Shown piece after piece: positions 39,076 to 51,162 of a stretch of 64,000 nucleotides of DNA. The stretch spans positions 434,001 to 498,000 of the forward strand of contig NW_027590192.1 in the NCBI RefSeq assembly GCF_964213995.1. The letters run 5' to 3'. Source of the stretch: Mustelus asterias. Its lineage: Eukaryota. The notes under the pieces are model-generated. The model made no database searches. It had not been told where the DNA came from and saw nothing but the letters and a program-made list of their open reading frames with translations. The position numbers and the translations under genes were made by a program. How positions within the stretch are numbered: position 1 is the stretch's first letter; each line of letters opens with the position of its first letter.

Positions 39076-39396
39076 TGCTCTGATTGTGGGAAGGGATTCA
39101 CTGATTCATCCGACCTGCTGAAACACCAGAGAATTCATAATAGGGAGAGGCCATTTATCTGCTCCGAGTGTGGGAAGGGATTTATTGATTCATCCACCTT
39201 GCTGAGACACCAGCGAGTTCACACTGGGGAGAGACCATTCACCTGCTCTGATTGTGGCAAGGGATTCAGTCAATCATCCAACCTGGTAAAGCACCAGCGA
39301 ATTCACACTGGGGACAGGCCATTCACCTGCTCCGTGTGTGGGAAGGGATTCACTCAGTCACCTCACCTGCTGAAACACCATCATGTTCACGAGTGA
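39076..39396 (+). other. Four-finger C2H2 cassette downstream of the ZNF-4 stop, same frame
   Basis: ORF 38992-39396 is in frame with 38356-38982. Confidence 0.7.
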
Positions 39397-41384
39397 CTGC
39401 AAGGACTGAATTTTGCTGTTCATCACATCGAGGTCCCAACCATTTTCATTGGTGTCTGTTTCTGCTGATGTTAACAAACCCTGGCCCAGTTGTAAGATTT
39501 GTATTGTGGATTGTCTTGTCTGAGTCCTGAACTCGTAAATAAAAACAAGGAGTGCTGTAAAAACTCAGCAGGTCTGACAGCTTCTCTGGAGAGAGAAACA
39601 GAGCTAATGTTTTGACACTGAAGAAGAGTCACATTCAACTGGAAACATTAACTGTTCCTGTCTTTACAGATTCTGTCAGACTTACTGAGATTTTGCAGCA
39701 ACTTCTGTTTTTAGAATGACGGTGAATGCTGGACACATGAATCAGAGATTGGTGTAAAACTGGGATCTGCTCCTAAATGAAAGTGAAACAGCAGGTTAAA
39801 GTTTCCAGTCTGAAAAGTACTATGGTTATTATACTATATCTACCATTTTAAGGCTGGTTTTAACTCATTTAAAATAAACCTATTTAATATATATTTGTTA
39901 AAGTCAGTATTAAAATACGAGTTGGATGAGTTCACAGGAGCCTGTTAATCGCTGGGACAATTATTCAACAAACATTGGATCTCCAGATAGGGAAGAAGCT
40001 GCAGTTTGTTTGCAGGAATTCCCTGTTTTATTGATGTGTGTGTGTTAGACATCAGGATAACTAAAAATACACAAACCTGGACATCAATGGTGATCTGATT
40101 GACAGTTACTCTGGGAATCACTCCCACTGTGAAACTTCAGCACTGACACTGCTGAATGTTGTCGGCTCAGGGAGTGGGACCTCCAGGAGTGGACTGTAAA
40201 AAAGCTGGGTTTCAGTATCCTGACTAATATACGGTGAGGAACCAGAAAAATCCTTACTGAGGAACTGTCTGGGGTTTAACCAGTGTAGGTTCAGGGGCGA
40301 ATGATTCCTGACTCCCTGAAATGTCTGATATTGAACCCAGTTTGGAACAAGATTCATTCAGTTTCCAGGAGAATAGAGACAAATATCACCCACAACTGAG
40401 AGAGAGAAAAACAGCCACCTTGATCAATGACTTGGATGAAGCCAGAATTGATGATACAAAGGTAGGTAGAATAGCAAGTTGTGAGTTATTACAAAAAATC
40501 TGTAAGGGACACAGATAAGTTACCTGAATGGACAGAAAAATGGCAGATGGAGTATAGTGCGGGAAAGTGGGAGCTTTTCCACTTTGGCAGGAAGAATAGA
40601 GAAGCAAAAAATTGTTTAAATATACAGAAACTGAAGAATACTGCCGTAGAGAGGAATCTGGGTGACCTTGTACATGAATCGTGAAAAAATAGGATGAAGG
40701 TACAGCAAGTAAAGAAGAAGGCAAATGGAGTGTTGGACTTTACTGCAAGGGGGTGGAGTTTGAAAAAGGGAACTTGCTGCACCGACACAGGACATTGCTG
40801 AGATAGCAGCTGGAATACTGTGTACGGTTCTGGTCTCCCTACTTATGGAATGACATGTTTTCATTGGAATGAGTTCAGAGAAAGTTCACCAGGCCCATTC
40901 CTAAGATGAAGGTGTTGACTTTTGAGGAAAGGTTGTGAAGGTGTAGGGGAGAATTCTCCCATCCCACCCACCACAGGAATCGTAGCAGGCCAGGGGGTGG
41001 ACCACACAAAGGTCCTTTGACCTCGGGGCAAGTGAGGCCGCAGAATCCAACTCGTCTTTTGGGGAAGGGTTGCACCTATACTCATTAGGTTTGGAAGAAT
41101 GAGCAGTGAACATTCTGAAACATGTAAGATTCTCATGGACAGTTGACAGGCGAGAGGCCAAGAGGATGATTCATGAAGGAGTCTTGAACTTGGTGCCACA
41201 GATCTACAAGGAAGCCAAGGGTATTATTTTAGCCCTTACAGACACCAATACTTCATCCTCAGTTTTAGTCAGGTTAGTCAGAGGTTTAGTCAGGTGTGGT
41301 GAAAGCTTCAACCAATCATCTGGCCTTTTGGAACATAATTGCAGTCACAGGGAGATGCCATGGAAATGTGGGGATTGTGGGAAG

Positions 41385-43036
41385 AACATAAGAACCAGGA
41401 GCAGGAGTAGGCCATCTGGCCCCTCGAGCCTCATGGCTGATCTTTTTGTGGACTCAGCTCCACTTACACGCCCTCTCACCATAGCCCTTAATTCCTTTCC
41501 TGTTCAATAATTTATCCTTGCCTTAAAAACATTCAATGAGGTAGCCCCAACTGCTTCACTGGGCAGGGAATTCCACAGATTCACAACCCTTTGTGTGAAG
41601 AAGTTCCTCCTCAACTCAGTCCTAAATCTGCTTCCCCTTATTTTGAGGCTATGCCCCCGAGTTCTAGTTTCACCCGCCAGTGGAAACAACTTCCCTGCTT
41701 GTATCGTATCTATTCCCTTAATCTTATATGTTTCTATAAGATCTCCCCTCATTCTTCTGAATTCCAATGAGTATAGCCCCAATTTACTCAGTCTCTCCTC
41801 ATAAGCCAACCCTCTCAACTCTGGAATCAACCTAGTGAATCTCCTCTGCACCCCCTCTTGAGCCAGTATATCCTTTCTCAAGTAAGGAGACCAAAACTGT
41901 ACACAGTACTCCAGGTGTGGCCTCACCAGCACCTTATACAGCTGCAACATAACCTCACTGTTTTTAAACTCCATCCCTCTCGCAATGAAGGACAAAATTC
42001 CATTTGCCTTCTTAATTACCTGCTGCACCTGCAAACCAACTCCTTGAGATTCCTGCACTAGGACACCCAGGTCCCTCTGCACAGCAGCATGCTGCAATTT
42101 TTTACCATTTAAATAATAGTCAATTTTGCTGTTATTTCCATCAAAATGGATGACCTCACATTTACCAACATTGTACTCCATCTGCCAGACCCTCGCCCAC
42201 TCACTGAGACTATCTATATCCCTTTGCAGACTTTCAACGTCCTCTGCACACTTTGCTCTGCCACCCATCTTAGTGTCATCTGCGAACTTTGACGCACTAC
42301 ACTTGGTCCCCAACTCCAAATCATCCATGTAAAACATAAACAATTGCGGTCCCAACACTGATCCCTGAGGCACACCACTAGTCACTGATCGCCAACCAGA
42401 AAAACACCCATTTACCCCCACTCTTTGCTTTCTGTTAGTTAACCAATCCTCTATCCATGCTAATATATTACCCGTAACACCGTGCACCTTTATCTTATGT
42501 AGCAGTTTTTGGTGCGGCACCTTGTCAAATGCCTTCTGGAAATCCAGATACACCACATCCACAGGTTCCCCATTGTCAACTGCACATGTAATGTTCTCAA
42601 AGAATTCCACCAAATTAGTCAAACATGACCTGCCCTTCATGAACCCATGCTGCGTCTTACCAATGGGACAATTTATATCCAGATGTCTCGCTATTTCTTC
42701 CTTGATGATAGATTCAAGCATTTTCCCTCCTACAGAAGTTAAGCTAACCGGCCTATAGTTACCCGCCTTTTGTCTACCTCCTTTTTTAAACAGTGATGTC
42801 ACATTTGCTGTTTTCCAATCTGCGGGAACCACCCCAGAGTCCAGCGAATTTTGGTAAATTACCACTAGTGCATTTGTTATTTCCCCCGCCATTTCTTTTA
42901 GTACCCTGGGATGCATTCCATCAGGACCAGGAGACTTGTCTACCTTTAGCACCATTAACTTGCCCAACACTACCTCTTTCATGATAATGATAGTTTCTAG
43001 GTTCTCACCTGCCATAGCCTTCCTGTCATCAATTTA
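41385..43036 (-). mobile_element. CR1-type LINE with 503-aa open RT ORF, 5'-truncated (no endonuclease)
   Basis: ORF 41504-43015: [40 protein letters not shown]. Confidence 0.95.
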
Positions 43037-44781
43037 TGGAGGTTCTCTTGTTTACAATAATCTCCCTAATTGTAATTCACACCAGGTTCTAGTGACTTAA
43101 CCATCTGGCAAGAAAAAACACTTTAAATGGTGAATTCAGAAAGTTTATTAACCATTAAAAATGTGACAAGTCAGAAAGATAAAAAGCAAAGTATCGATTA
43201 ACACTTAATGGAGAAAGCTTCACTTTAACAATTGAACAAACTTCTCTCCTTCTCAGACCAGGGCATGAAGCGACGGCTCTGCAAACGGGGGTAACTTGTA
43301 AAACCAACAGCTCTCAACACCTCTCTGTAAACATCTCTCCCTCCATCTCTCTCTACCAAATTGGCTTCTCAAGACCCCTTCTTTATTCTTTAAAAATGTC
43401 AAACGCCCACCTTAGCAAATTCCCATAAATCTTCAATTATAAACTAAAATAAATATGAATTTTCAGGCGATTTAAAAACAAATGAACTGTCTGCTGAAAA
43501 GGTTAACTTTCCTACAGAACCTAAAGGGGGGAGGAGTGAGCAGCAAAAACTTGGCACACAATTACATCACTTTACACAAGTTTAAAAAACTTCTCTAACA
43601 ATAAAACAAACTTGATTTTAAACTTCATCTATTAAGTTTTTTTGTTATATTCCTCAACGTAATTATTTTAATTTGATCAGTTTTTGTTAGGGATGGGTAA
43701 CTTCCGTTCTTTATAAACTGGTTCACTCTTTTAAAAAAATTCTACATGGGCTCAGAGAATCAGAACCCAGACTTTATCATCCTTACCCTGTTTCTCTTTT
43801 TGCCACCACTCCCTCTGTTTTGCGTAAACATTTTATCCTAAAAGTTAAATACTGTGGATGCTGGAATTTGAAACAAAAATCGAAAATGCTGGAACATCTC
43901 AACAGGTCTGACAGCATCTGCGGAGAGAGAACAGAGCCAATGTTTCGAAGTTATGAAGTGTCGTCCAGACACAAAACGTTGGCTCTATTCTCAAATCATT
44001 TTATCAACAAGTTTCTTTTTCTTAGTTTCCAAATGGCAGGTAAGAACCTGTCCGGTCCCCACTCGAGCTCTGATTTTTCACTGGCCATGCTTGGGTAAGA
44101 TTATAACCATTAGAATCTACTCTCAGAGGTCCGCTTTTCAGTCCAGTGCTACTTGGAGTATACCGTCACTTCACCGACTATTGGGTCACAAATCCCTCAC
44201 AGTTCTTATCACAAATTTAGGATAAATTAATTTAAACATGCCTGAGAACACTTCTTAATTTCTTGACCAACTACCTACCATTGTTTGCCGATTGGTCAGA
44301 CCCCCTGTTCACAGATTCGGGTCTCTCAGCTGCTGAACACCAGATGGTCCTTCAATAAATTTAACTCGAACTCATTCTGAGTAAATATTCTCACCAGGTC
44401 CAGCTTTAATGGTCCGTGATTGCAGAAACTGAGCAGTCACAGGAATGTGGTCAAAATAGTCCAGTCCTATAATCTGCAGTCCTTCAATTATAACAGAATA
44501 TGTGGCTGTATGTAGCTGCCCCGGCCGTGGTCAACCCCAACACTGCCTTCCTGAACTGCTACAATGCCTGGGGTGTAGGTACACCCACAGTGCTGTTAGG
44601 GAGGGATTTCCAGCTACACATTCCAGACTTTCACTGGACTGTAGGTGGATATCAGATTGATACATTTCATTCAACCACTCCCAAGGTGAGTTATTCCAAT
44701 TCCTTTATTGTCCAGGACAATATATTCACAATATCTTTAAAACAGAAATTAAACAGTCCCATTTGATTTCAGGCAGTAACA
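43037..44781. mobile_element. LTR-like repeat, duplicate of 55271-57126, left end cut by CR1
   Basis: Colinear with 55305-57126; ends ...taaca; related pieces at ~5290-5520 (inverted), 10490-10730 and 12170-12561. Confidence 0.5.
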
Positions 44782-45367
44782 TATTCTGTTAGTTTGTTCG
44801 TTATTGTCGATGTCAGGCTGGGGTTGTTCCCCTTGGAGCAAAGAGGTTGAGGGGAGATTTGATAGAGGTGGACAAGATCCTGACAGGTTTAGATAAGGTG
44901 GAGAAAGAAAAGCTGTTCCCATTAGCTGATGGGACAAGGACGAGGGGGGCACAGATTTATGGTTTTGGGTCAGAGATGCAGGGGGGGGGGATGTGAGGAA
45001 GAATATTTTGATGCAGCGAATGGTAATGACCTGGAACTTGCTGCCTACGAGGGTGGAGGAAGTGGAGACAATAAACAATTACAAAGGAAATTGGATGGGC
45101 ATTGGGGGGTTTCAAACAGAAATGCTGACTAAATATCTCTGAACTTCCTCACACCCGGTCACTCTGTGATCCTTGTGAAATTTGAAACCAGGTATTCGCA
45201 ACAAGACTCAAAGAGCATCAGCCCACTGGAGGCAGTTGTGAGACCGGCCAGTCCAGCAGAAAGAAACCCTCCGACCCTCCCCATTGACCAACTGTGAGAA
45301 TGAACAAAATGCAGTCCTGGGTGTAATTGAGAGCAGAAACAACAACAGCAGAATCCAACCCCTGGAA

Positions 45368-46126
45368 TCACTCGTGAACTTGTTGGTGTCTCAGCAGGGA
45401 GGATGAAACACTGAATCCCTTCCCACATTGAGAGCAAATGAATGGCCTCTCCCCTGTGTGAACTCGCTGGTGTATCTGCAGGCTGGATGAGTCAGTGAAT
45501 CTCTTCCCACACTGAGGGCAGGTGAACGGCCTCTCCCCAGTGTGAACTCGCAGGTGTTTCTGCAAGTTGGATAAGTCATTGAATCCCTTCCCACACTGAG
45601 AGCAGGCGAACGGTTTTTCCCCAGTGTGAACTCGCTGGTGTGTCCGTAGGATGGATAATCGAGTGAATCGCTCCCCACACTGAGAGCAGGTGAACGGTTT
45701 CTCCCCAGTGTGAACTCGCTGGTGTGTCCGCAAGTTGGATGACTGAGTGAATCCCTCTCCACACTGAGAGCAGGTGAACGGTCTCTCCCCAGTATGAACA
45801 AGCTGGTGTGTCCGCAGGTTGGATGACCGAGTGAATCCCTTCCCACACTGAGAGCAGGTGAATGGCCTCTCCCCAGTGTGAACCCGCTGGTGTGTCCGCA
45901 GGCTGGATAACTGACTGAATCTCTTCGCACACTGAGGGCAGGCGAACGGTCTCTCCCCAGTGTGAACTCGCTGGTGTCTCCGCAGGCTGGATGACAAAGT
46001 GAATCCCTTCCCACACACCGAACAGGTGAACGGCCTCTCCCCATTGTGACTGCGTCGATGAATTTCCAGATCAGATGGAGCTTTGAATCCCTTCCCACAG
46101 TCCCCACATTTCCACGGTTTCTCCAT
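45368..46126 (-). CDS. C2H2 zinc-finger protein, 9 fingers (ZNF-5)
   Basis: ATG of MEKPWKC at 46126 within ORF 45368-46162. Confidence 0.9.
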   Translation of the reverse strand: MEKPWKCGDCGKGFKAPSDLEIHRRSHNGERPFTCSVCGKGFTLSSSLRRHQRVHTGERPFACPQCAKRFSQLSSLRTHQRVHTGERPFTCSQCGKGFTRSSNLRTHQLVHTGERPFTCSQCGEGFTQSSNLRTHQRVHTGEKPFTCSQCGERFTRLSILRTHQRVHTGEKPFACSQCGKGFNDLSNLQKHLRVHTGERPFTCPQCGKRFTDSSSLQIHQRVHTGERPFICSQCGKGFSVSSSLLRHQQVHE

Positions 46127-46770
46127 GGTGTGGGTGTCCTTGTGACTCTCCAGGTTAAACAATCAGTTAAAACTCACACAGAACACAAGTACAGTCTCTC
46201 CCCGCTGTGAATGCTGCGATGTATTTTCAGGCTGTGTATCTGGTTAAAGCTTTTTCCTCAGTGCACTGGAACACTCTCAATTGAGTGTGTCTGTGTCTCG
46301 GTGCTTTTCCAGTGATGCTGATGTTTAAAATCTTCTGTAGCAGACAGAACAGAGAAACATTTCTCCTTCTAGATTCAAAGGCCGATGATATTCGGGTCCA
46401 GATGAATTGAGTGAGTCTGTCAGATATTTGGTTTGAGATTTCTGTCTGTAAATCTTCACCTTCTGATATCCTGTAAAAGGAGTTTATAAAAACCATCACT
46501 GTCGCTACAGGATAGAAGTTCAGAACAGACAATTCTAGTTTCTATGGAGCATTCTTTCCTCTCATTCCCCAAAAGCTGTAAATCTCCATCCCACACACTC
46601 TCCCTCCATTCTCACTCTGCTGTATCTAATATTCACACGCCCAATATTCCAGAAGGTGTTGATTCAGGTTGATTGACAGATCCATGCTCACTGCTTCCTG
46701 TCCAGCACAGAAATCATAACTCAAAGGAGCTGCAATCAGTTATTCGCCACATTGAGTCCGCTCAACCATT

Positions 46771-47088
46771 CATAGAATCATAGAATCTACAGTGCAGGAG
46801 GAAGGCATTAGGCCCATCGAGCCTGCACCAACAACAATCCCAACCAGTTCCAATCCCCGTAACCCCCCATATTTACCCTTCGAATCCCCCAACACTAAGG
46901 GTCAATTTATCATGGCCAATCAACCCAATCCACACATCTTTGGATTGTGGGAGGAAACCGGAGCACTGGAGGAAACCCACGCAGAGATCATGCAAACTCC
47001 ACACAGACAGTGACCCAAGCCAGGAATGGAAGCCAGGTCCGTGACGCTGTGAGACAGCCGTGATAACCACTGAGCCACCGTGCCGCCC
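46771..47088 (-). mobile_element. HE1-like SINE, full length
   Basis: gggcggcacggtggctcagtggtt head; ttctatgattctatg tail. Confidence 0.9.
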
Positions 47089-47153
47089 AGATGTACCTTA
47101 GCACCATTTTCTCCACAGTATCCCCTGGATCCCTTGATATCCCTTGATATCAT

Positions 47154-47500
47154 GGGCGGCACGGTAGCACAGTGGTTAGCACTGCTGCTTCACAGCTCCA
47201 GGGACTTGGCTTCGATTCCCGGCTTGGGTCACTGTCTGTGTGGAGTTTGCACATTCTCCTCGTGTCTGCGTGGGTTTCCTCCGGGTGCTCCGGTTTCCTC
47301 CCACAGTCCAAAGACGTGCAGGTTAGGTTGATTGGCTATGCTAAAAATTGCCCTTAGTGTCCTGAGATGCGTAGGTTAGAGGGATTAGTGGGTAAATATG
47401 TAGGGATATGGGGGTAGGGCCTGGGTGGGATTGTGGTCGGTGCAGATTCGATGGGCCGAATAGCCTCTTTCTGTACTGTAGGGTTTCTATGATTTCTATG
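47154..47500 (+). mobile_element. HE1-like SINE, full length
   Basis: gggcggcacggtagcacagtggttagc A box, ttcgattccc B box, ttctatgatttctatg tail. Confidence 0.9.
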
Positions 47501-47999
47501 ATCTTGAATATCTAGAAACCTATCAAACCCTTACTTGAAAATTCTTGATGATGGCTTTACAGTCCTCTGGGGTAAAGAATTCCAAAGCTTCACCAGATCC
47601 TTGAGTGAAAAAATCCCATCTCATCTTCGCTTTCTCTCCAAATAAATGTACTTTATTACAGGACCATAAATAAAATCTAATCTGTACAATAGAACAAAAC
47701 TAGACATATCTCTGTCCTATATTAATTTGTTCCCTTAAATGTCAGCCATCTCCGGTGGAAACCAGCCTTTAAATGTGAACATCAGGAAAGAGACCATCCT
47801 TTTAGCCAGACAAATAAATGAGTCAAGCTGAGAGAGCAAAGGATGTCAATGTCTTTAAGAGAGAGAGACCTGGGCCAACCTTTCCAGAGTCTGCAGCCTC
47901 CCTGGATTCACTTCCTTTCCCTTCAGTTGCTGCAAGTCCCCAATTTCCCCCAGAATGAGAAAAGAAATGGAAAGGGGGAGAAAAGAAAGTGTTTTACTC

Positions 48000-48724
48000 A
48001 CAGATGTTGGTGACAGGAACAAATTTTAGTCTGTCTGAAGCTCCATCTTCAGTCACACAAATCCCCCGCTCTGATTGGCTGGAAGACCTCAGGCCTTCCG
48101 GTCCTCCAACATTTTTCATTGGCCAGAGCTGGTGAGGGGCAGTGAATCAAAAGCGCGCATGTGCGGATTTTGGGGGAATGCGCATGTGCGGGTGTGGGGC
48201 GGGGCCCGGGACAAGGCCGGCGCACTGACCATTGTCTGTCCCGGTCTTCCAGCCTTTCCCATTGGACAACAGCTCAGCGCGGCTGGAGGACAAAGTCCCG
48301 CCCACCCTCACGTGGAGCCCCGCCCCTCATTGTTCTTCTGCAGGGCTTGACCAATGGGACCTCTGGAGGACCGGAGGGACTCTGGTCCTCCAGCCAATCA
48401 CAGCTCCTCATTGTCTGAATGCGGAAGTTGGACAATGAGCTTGTTCAGCTGCTCATTCCTGTCCAGCAAAGCTGCTGCTGCTTCTCTCTGAATGAAGATT
48501 GAGCTTCAGACAGCATGCGCAGTGTCATTGCTGTCCTTGGCGCTTGTTTGTCCCGGAGAAGCGGAGTCAGCGTTAGGCGGTGGCTGGGAGGATTTGGAAA
48601 CACTTTGTGGATCCGCAAACCCTTCAGAATCATTGTCAGCTCCCTGGTTTGCAGCTGCGGGGCTTCTCCCTCCCTCCCTCCCGGGAACAGGCCCAGGTTA
48701 ACGGCCCCATCCTGGCTCAGCCAC
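48000..48724. promoter_or_regulatory. CpG-island bidirectional promoter candidate for ZNF-5/ZNF-6
   Basis: gcgcatgtgcg twice, GC boxes, several CCAAT boxes, gcggaagt ETS-like motif; lies between divergent genes. Confidence 0.65.
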
Positions 48725-48725
48725 C

Positions 48726-48958
48726 GTCTTTTACCAGGACCTCCTCACTGTCTGGAACAAGGTCGCCTCGCGACGCAGCTCTCCCCCGTCAGGAGTAGCA
48801 GCTCTCGTGCGAGAGCCGCTGCTCAGGAATCCGCTCCTCCAGCCGTATGACTTCAGGTGGCTGGCGGAGAGGAGGGCTGTGGACGCCGGGGTGACCTGAA
48901 TTGGGGACGTGCTCGATGGCGGAGGGGCGGGCTGGATGAGTCCCCGTGTGCTGGCTGA
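48726..48958 (+). mobile_element. Tx1/L1-clade non-LTR ORF2 internal fragment
   Basis: Manual translation VFYQDLLTVWNKV...REPLLRNP...AGVT*IGDVLD...W resembles the post-RT region of Tx1 ORF2. Confidence 0.6.
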
Positions 48959-49129
48959 GCCCCGCCCACCCCCACGTGGGCTCGGGTTCCGCCCCCTCAT
49001 TGTCCACATGCGGCAGATTGACCAATGGCAACGCCTGGAGGACCGGATGAACGCTGGTCCTCCAGCCAATCAGAGTCCGGGCCCTGTGTCAATGGCCGCG
49101 CGGAGTTTCCTGTGGACATGAATGTGGGG

Positions 49130-50360
49130 GTTCGATCAGTGAGTTTGCTGATGGTCCAAAAATTGGTGATGTGGTAAATAGCGAGGAGGAAAACCTTAGA
49201 TTACAGGATGATGTGGACGAGCAGGTTCGGTGGGCAGAATAGTGGCAAATGTAATTTAACCCTGAAATGTCTGAGGTGATGCATTTTGGAAGGACTAACA
49301 AGGCAAAGGAACTCGGCCTTTTGGCTGAGATCGGGTGTAGTGTGGTCGGCAGCCCATGGTCGGCCGCACTTGGTCGGGGTCATTGGGTTGCGCTGGGGCT
49401 TCATGTGTTTCATATGAAGCAATTTTTAAAAGCGTCATCTCGGCCTTTTGGCTGAGGTGCAGATGGGTTCAAGTCTTGGAGGAGGAGCCTCCCCCTTCTC
49501 CAATCAGCTTGGCTCATGTGGATCGGGCCCGGGACAGGGTGGTTTGGTCGCTCGCCCTGTCTTGTCGGCCTGGATCTGGGGTGTCTCAACTTGTTGGGAC
49601 TCTGAATTGGATTTGATTTGATTGAATTGGAAAAGTATTAAAAAAAAGGAACAGATAATGAACAATAGGACGCCAGGAAGTACAGAAGACCAGAGGGACC
49701 TTGGGGTGCATGTCCATTGGACCCCGAAGACAGCAGGACAGATTGATGAACTGGTTAAGAAGGGATATGGGATACTTGTCTTTTTTAGCCAAGGCATCAA
49801 ATATTTCAGCAGGCAGGTTATGATTGAGTGTATAAAATGCTGGAGTACTGTTTGCAGTTCGGGTCGCCACACTTTAGGAAGGATGTGATTGCACTGGAGA
49901 AGGTGCAGAGGAGATTCACCAGGATGTTGCCTGGGCTGGAACGTGTCAGTCATGAAGAGAGGCTGGTTAGGCTCGAATTGGTCTCCCTAAAGCAGAGAAG
50001 GCTGAGGGGGGGGCCTGATTGAGATGTACAAAAATATGATCCCTCAGTCCACTGACCTTTAGTAGCTGGGTCAATATCCAGGGACATAGATTTAAGTGAG
50101 GGGCAGGAAATTTAGAGGGGATTTGAGGGAAAAGATTTTCACCCAGAGGGTGGTGGGAATCTGGAACTCACTGCCTGAAAGGGTGAGAGAGGTGGGAACG
50201 CTCAACATTAAGAAGCATTTAGATAAGTACTTGAAGTGCCATAACATATAAGGCTGCTACTGACCAAGTGGTGAAAGGTGGGATTAGAACAGATTGGTGC
50301 TTGAGAGCTAGCACAAATACGATGGGTCAAAGGGCCTCTTGCTGTGCTTTAAAACTCTGA
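49130..50360 (+). mobile_element. Old CR1 hosting the U2-headed element
   Basis: FADGPK, RDLGV, EKVQRRFTRMLPG, ttcacccagagggtggtgggaatctggaactc. Confidence 0.85.
49312..49644 (+). mobile_element. U2-snRNA-headed short retroposed element (SINE-like), 333 bp
   Basis: Head ctcggccttttggctgagatcgggtgtagt ~ U2 nt 8-37; second U2-like copy 49438-49474; gattt repeats then A tail; aaaggaa duplicated at 49305-49311 and 49645-49651. Confidence 0.85.
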
Positions 50361-51162
50361 GGACAGAATTATGACAGTGTGGTTATGTGATAAATATTGG
50401 ATGGATCTATAATAAAGTACATTTATTATTATTTCTTGTCTTGTAATGTAGTACTGTAGCTACGTTATATATTTCTAGTCAGAGTCATTACAGCAGAGGA
50501 GGAGTCCATTGGACAATTCGAGGCCCTGCTGACTCTCTGTCGAGCAATTCTGTCAGTCTGGAGAGGGTCCCATTCTGTACTCCTGCAGCACCCATCCAAT
50601 CTCATTGAGAAATTACTGATCATCTCTGCTTGACTACCCTCACAGGCAGCAAGTTCAGGAGCATGACTAATCACTACCCCCATATCTTAACCAACTTACA
50701 GATTTAGGGGAATGAGTGGGGAAAGAATGTTCTATCGAAACTAGAATTATCTGTTCTGAATTTTGATCCCGTAGTGACTCTGATGTCTGCTGCAAACTCC
50801 TTTTATAGGATATCAGAAGGTTAGGATCCATTGACAGAATCCCAAACCATATGCCACGTCAAGATTTGACAGTCGCTCAATTCATCTGGACCTGAATACC
50901 ATCGGCCTTTGCATCTAGAAGGAGAAATGTTTCTCTGTTCTGTCTGCTTCAGAAGGCGTTAAACGTCAGTGTGACTGGAAATGCACCAACGCACACACAC
51001 CCGAGTGAGAGTGTTCCAGTGCACTGACTGTGGAAAGAGCTTTAACCAGTTATATAGCCTGAAAATACATCACAGCATTCACAGTGGGCAGAGACTGTAC
51101 CTGTGTTCTGTGTGAGGTTTAACTGATTGTTTAACCTGGAGAGTCACAAGGACACCCGCACC

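Larger units (their letters stand above)
35583..42790 (-). repeat. Right arm of large inverted duplication
   Basis: Inner edge tcctacgttcgaagg mirrors ccttcgaacgtagga at 31841-31855; outer edge lies inside the CR1. Confidence 0.95.

Noticed and set aside
41504-43015. Autonomous or domesticated reverse transcriptase gene
   Set aside because: 5'-truncated CR1 lacking endonuclease and ORF1; an open frame is expected for a young copy.
47154-47230. tRNA-like sequence
   Set aside because: SINE head continuing into the HE1 body; not a tRNA gene.
49312-49341. Functional U2 snRNA gene
   Set aside because: Only ~30 nt of U2; lacks the remainder, the Sm site and an upstream snRNA promoter; sits inside a CR1.
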